This document shows, piece after piece, positions 62,439 through 64,000 of a DNA stretch of 64,000 bases. The DNA comes from Pelomyxa schiedti. Taxonomy: Eukaryota > Protista > Evosea. Every line of letters begins with the position of its first letter. Positions within the stretch are counted from its first letter, which is position 1. Position numbers and translations under genes: made by a program. The DNA lies in the NCBI GenBank assembly GCA_020536535.1, contig JAHLWZ010000797.1:1-64000 (forward strand), given 5' to 3'. The notes under the pieces were generated by a model that was given only the letters and a program-made list of their open reading frames with translations, was not told the DNA's origin and did no database searches.

Positions 62439-64000
62439 ATGTCGAGGTGTGTGCCGGTTGGTGATTGTGCCAAGCAGACCGAGGCCAGGAGGATCCTGTT
62501 TATCTCCAAGATCTTGTGGCAAACAGTGATACCCGAGGCGATTGCGGTGCGCCCGTCCGTCACCAAGGTCCCGCCGCTCACCGACGACGAGCTCTCGAAG
62601 CTCAAGGAGAGGTTCCCCGAGGCCAGCCGCGGAGGCGTCCCCCTCGGCCCAAACCCTCAGTGCGGGTGCTGGAGCGCCCACGCCGGCGGCTGCCTGCCCG
62701 ACATGTCGGTCGAAGACCCCCAGGCGTGGGCCCCCTACGTCGCCGCCGTCGCGTGCGTCGGCGACGCGTTCTTCACCCTGCGGCCGCTGGCTTCGCGGCA
62801 CCTGCTGGCCTGCATGGCCGCCCAGTACTTCCACGTAGAAGAGCAGGCCCTGGTCCTGTGCGCCAAGCACGGCGCCCTGGGCCTGGCCAGGACCCTGGTC
62901 GCCGAGTGGTACAAGACGTCGCCGCCTGTTTCTGTTCCCGAGTGTTCATCTCGGCTGAGTTCGGCGGTGGCCAGCTCTGCGCCGCCTCAGTGGCTGACGC
63001 CGCCGCCGCCGCCTTGGTTCTACAGTGGGGCTGCTACTCCGGGTTCTGTGAAGACTGTGGCTTGTGCTTTGCTGGAGGGAAGCTGTGGCTCCGGGAACAT
63101 GGACTTTGTGGAGTGGGTAATGTCACTGCACGGGAGCATGATCTCCCGCGGCGACATGAGAGTGGCGTTTATAAGTGCTGCTCTGCAGAACAAATCCACG
63201 GTGGTGCTGGATTGGATATGGGAACGAGTAACTCCTCCATTTGGGCTAGAAGAAGTTTGGATTGCCAAATCAGCTATAACTGAAGTTGTTCTTCAAAGGG
63301 CGGCAAATTCCTGCCACAATATTTCCGAGTGGTTGATGTCTCACTTCAAATTGCTCCCAAAGGATATTGGCGATAACCCCCGTTTTGCGTATTACCTATC
63401 AGAGTGCGCAAAATGCCCACAAAAGGCCCCAAGTCTGCTATGGTTCATTTCCTACTTCCATAACCAGTGCTCAGACTACGCTTTTCCACAAGCTTTGAAT
63501 GCTGCCTGTGTGGCAGGAAGCATGTGTTCAGTTGAACTCATATTTGCGTCTCTTTCCATTGAGGAGGTGAGCAAACTCAGTAAAGACACATGGGACCCAA
63601 TCTGTGCTATGTGGATATGCGAAAAGATAAGCCAACCCCGACCGCAAGGCATCTTTTCGCAGAGTTGTATCTTTGGGCACCTTGAACTTGCTCAGTCACT
63701 GGCAGTTGAACTTGGCGTAACCGCACTCGAAGTTAGAGCACAGAGACATCATCTTCTTTCTCAGGTCCTTGGGCGCAAGCATTTCAATGTTGCCCGTTGG
63801 CTGCTTGACAGATATGGAATTGCACGAGGAAAAGGCCCCCGTGTGTTGAGAATGGTGTGCCGGGCTGGTAATCTTGATTTCGCGCAGTGGCTAGTGGCCA
63901 GGTTTACCTTTCAGCAAGGGGCAGCTAAATGCAACAGAAATAGTGCTCTCAGCACCTGCTGTCGTGATGGTAACATCGATCTTGTGAAGTGGCTCGTTGG
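62439..64000 (+). CDS. Ankyrin-repeat-like protein, runs off window end
   Basis: Not in ORF track (no stop in window). Frame from ATG 62439 has repeated units CGSGNMDFVEWV, CIFGHLELAQSL, CRAGNLDFAQWLV, CRDGNIDLVKWLV. Confidence 0.75.
   Translation, partial: MSRCVPVGDCAKQTEARRILFISKILWQTVIPEAIAVRPSVTKVPPLTDDELSKLKERFPEASRGGVPLGPNPQCGCWSAHAGGCLPDMSVEDPQAWAPYVAAVACVGDAFFTLRPLASRHLLACMAAQYFHVEEQALVLCAKHGALGLARTLVAEWYKTSPPVSVPECSSRLSSAVASSAPPQWLTPPPPPWFYSGAATPGSVKTVACALLEGSCGSGNMDFVEWVMSLHGSMISRGDMRVAFISAALQNKSTVVLDWIWERVTPPFGLEEVWIAKSAITEVVLQRAANSCHNISEWLMSHFKLLPKDIGDNPRFAYYLSECAKCPQKAPSLLWFISYFHNQCSDYAFPQALNAACVAGSMCSVELIFASLSIEEVSKLSKDTWDPICAMWICEKISQPRPQGIFSQSCIFGHLELAQSLAVELGVTALEVRAQRHHLLSQVLGRKHFNVARWLLDRYGIARGKGPRVLRMVCRAGNLDFAQWLVARFTFQQGAAKCNRNSALSTCCRDGNIDLVKWLV

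Overview
Gene-dense eukaryotic DNA with many short GT-AG introns, very short intergenic spacers and GC-rich first exons. The gene set suggests an amoebozoan protist, possibly an archamoeba (inference only). About 24 protein genes can be read. In order: a partial RING protein whose intron starts in the (CA)n repeat, a rifampin-phosphotransferase (RPH)-like enzyme, a Dictyostelium-type P2X receptor, an SLC13 transporter, PUS1, a giant Cys-rich surface protein, F-box/SPRY, a formin, CABLES, an RMI1/TDRD3-type OB-fold protein, CTDSPL2, endonuclease V, an RRM + Maelstrom (MAEL) protein, a TORTIFOLIA1/SPR2-like protein, GH113, Zn-ribbon-NADAR, RING1-like, BAR, a decayed LINE fragment, an atypical kinase/nuclease-like/coiled-coil/TM protein, XRCC4, an SR-like protein, serine carboxypeptidase S10 and a partial ankyrin-like protein. 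Best leads: (1) the RRM-MAEL protein with apparent DEDDh catalytic motifs and WG (Argonaute-hook-like) tails, head-to-head with EndoV; (2) the intron-containing RPH-like gene in a eukaryote; (3) an unexplained ~230-nt multi-stem/pseudoknot element ending in T10 (candidate Pol III ncRNA); (4) the Crinkler-like kinase-nuclease gene abutting the LINE remnant. All family calls come from recalled motifs; no searches were run. Spliced gene boundaries are approximate.
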